From: Gordius albopunctatus
Taxonomy: Eukaryota
Assembly (NCBI GenBank): GCA_964276515.1
Contig: OZ193909.1
Span: 10,912,001-10,976,000, forward strand
Direction: 5' to 3'
DNA: 64,000 bases
The notes under the pieces were generated by a model. That model made no database searches. It was not told the origin of the DNA and saw nothing but the letters and a program-made list of their open reading frames with translations. The first letter of the stretch is position 1; every line of letters begins with the position of its first letter. The position numbers and the translations under genes were made by a program. Below, piece after piece: positions 58,700-64,000 of this stretch.

Positions 58700-59504
58700 C
58701 CATAGTGTAGTTACACGGTGATTGGCATTTGGAGGCTTTGTGTTTGAATTGCTGATGGTACCAGCACCAGTCGGGGGGAACATCAGTGGCGGGCCTGGAA
58801 GGTGACTAGGAACGCCTAGGCGAAAATCTGTCCCTTCTTACGAGTCGTTTTTGCTGGTTGAGATCCTGGCGTAGTGTGTCAATGCTCAGATTGAGTTTTT
58901 CAACCATGCCCCGGAGTATTTCCAATTCATTGTTTGCTTTTGGAATGATATTTGATAATTGAGGGGTGCGGTATGTCTCGGCGATCCTATCGGCTGATTC
59001 AGCTAGTTTGGATAGAGTCTGGTCACCTGCGCAAATGGCTAAAATGCTAGTCATATTGCTGTCCAGTTTGTCTAGCCACAGCTGTTTCAGAATAGCCTCG
59101 TCCATTTTAGCTGTACCGAGGAGTGCCTTCATGTGTCTGTAAAGTTGGGAGGGCTTACGGTCACCCAACTCTACGTTAGTAAGCAGCTCGCGGAACCTTG
59201 CTGACTCTGACCTGGTTGTACGATCTAAAATGGCTGCTCGAATTGTAGTATAGGGGGATTCCACTGGTATGTTTTCCAAGAAGTTTTGAATTTCAGTGGT
59301 CACCTCTTGTGGAAGGGATTCAACCACATATGCAAGTTTGGAGGCCTCGGATTTTATCCGTCGAATTGTAAACAGAGCTTCGATTTGGATAAACCAAAGG
59401 CGGGGGTTTAAGCGATTGAACGGGGGTAGTTTGAAAAAGATGGCACTTTCGAGTTGTGCTCGATCTGTTTCCCTGGGGGAATCTTGCGCCAGGTTTGTGT
59501 TCAT
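58700..59504 (-). CDS. Gypsy gag (in-frame TAG at 58806 before the zinc knuckle)
   Basis: KLPPF...PRLWFIQIEALF and LGDRKPSQL motifs. Past the stop the frame continues CWYHQQFKHKASKCQSPC. 3' limit approximate. Confidence 0.85.
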
Positions 59505-60124
59505 TGAGGGGTCACCAATTATTACACTATGGTAGAACTTATATTTATTTCACGTGGATAAGTTATTTTCAACTCGCATTTTAATATCCTACAGGTTCAT
59601 CTTGTACATAATAAAGGTATGTATCAAAAATTACCACTTCTAATTAAAATAGCTCTTATTTAGTTAAAGATAATAAATAAATTACAGGGTGTTTTAAAGA
59701 AATAGGGAAAAATACCACTGCAGAATAAAAATCTAAATATTTAACCTATAGTAAGGCAAATTCTCTTTTTAATATATTGAAATAGCCATTTTGTGACAGC
59801 ACAATAAATCTATAAGTTCAAAGGAAAATCTGTCAATCGACGTCATAGCGTGCGATCTTCTAGGAAAAGAAATTCAAATGTGTGATTAATTATTTCTGCT
59901 GATGTCACTACAGCCACCATTATTAATTTTATAAAATACATAATTTCCCAGGATTATTTATATAAGCAGCATAATTACCTAAAATGGAGTTTTAAATATA
60001 TTGAGTTTTCCTAGTAGAATACATTTAATATATATCTCACATGTCTTATAAGACTAGCCTTTGATCTCACATTACTATAGTAATTGTAATGTAACCTAAT
60101 GCTTACTTATTCCCGCTTATTGAT

Positions 60125-63288
<3,164 letters not shown>

Positions 63289-64000
63289 CATTGTTATTTG
63301 AAAATTCTTTTATTGACTAAATTATTTAAATTTTTCAATGCGAATTATATGCAACGTTTTATAGATATTTATTTTATCAAATTTCTTGTTAACTCATGTA
63401 ATATATTAAATAAGAATGCATTGACTTTTTAACGGGGTACCTATTTTCATAAATTTTATTCGCCTTATTTATTAAAACTATGCATTACTTATGAGCTTAC
63501 CTCGCCAGGTCTAACAAGTATTGTTAAAACCATAGACTAAAGCTAAAACAGATATAGAAGTGAGTGGGGTGGGATAGTTACAACACGATTTATGGATTAT
63601 TTTAAGGCTTTTTCAAATTAATCAATATATTATTCACAACATTATACTTGCTAGGTATTTTCATACTGCATAGAATTTTTGCTTCATTGCTTTTATTTTG
63701 AAGATTATTACATTTTTTAATACTATTTTATGATTGAATTTAAATTTTTGTTATTTGAAACGATGTTTTAGAGTCTGTAAATTAAAACGAATTTCAATCG
63801 ATGATAATTATTTTTATATTTTATACTGGATTATGTATTATACAAATGGTTGTTTAGCAAACATTTTTATCTATAGTTAATTTGAGCATTACCTATACTA
63901 TATAAAATGTATAAATAGACAACATTTTAAATAAATACCGTTAATTAATTTTTATAACTATAATTAATATGTTAAATTTATCTAGATCTAATCTTATAAA

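Larger units (their letters stand above)
55189..59593 (-). mobile_element. Full-length Ty3/Gypsy LTR retrotransposon (gag, protease, RT, RNase H, integrase)
   Basis: 3' LTR 55189-55507 and internally deleted 5' LTR 59520-59593. 4-bp TSD GGTT at 55185-88 and 59594-97. PBS TGGTGACCCC (59517-59508) and PPT-like GAAGGGGACTATT next to the 3' LTR. Confidence 0.95.
51398..59604 (+). mobile_element. Non-autonomous Helitron (copy 2) with nested hAT, RTE and Gypsy insertions
   Basis: 5' A|TCTTATATATAAAAATG followed by TGTGTGTATC. 3' hairpin GGCAAAACAAACTTTGCC at 53063-80. Degenerate terminus CATCTTG|T at 59598-59604 once the insertions are removed. The middle part may be composite. Confidence 0.65.

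Overview
AT-rich animal (invertebrate-like) genomic DNA. It has five recognisable spliced host genes, most with very short introns of about 35-38 nt: the 3' part of a LUC7-like splicing factor (+), epsin (-), an ETNPPL/PHYKPL-like class III aminotransferase-fold enzyme (+), DCAF7/WDR68 (+) and GRB2/Drk (+). The rest is densely nested transposable elements: several RTE LINE copies, two Gypsy LTR elements and a solo LTR, a piggyBac remnant, a foldback/MULE-like remnant, many hAT elements and MITEs with 8-bp TSDs, non-autonomous Helitrons, and an intron-containing Ginger1 transposon with an OTU protease domain. Four observations stand out. (1) A GC-rich orphan reverse transcriptase (27636-28788) has DIRS-like and hepadnavirus-like motifs but no visible RNase H, recombinase or terminal repeats. 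(2) Two different hAT elements inserted independently at the same base of a Helitron 3' hairpin. (3) One RTE insertion has a twin-priming 5' inversion. (4) A duplication-inversion-duplication has a junction inside a Helitron. All calls come from reading the sequence by eye; no database searches were run, and the organism cannot be identified from this window.
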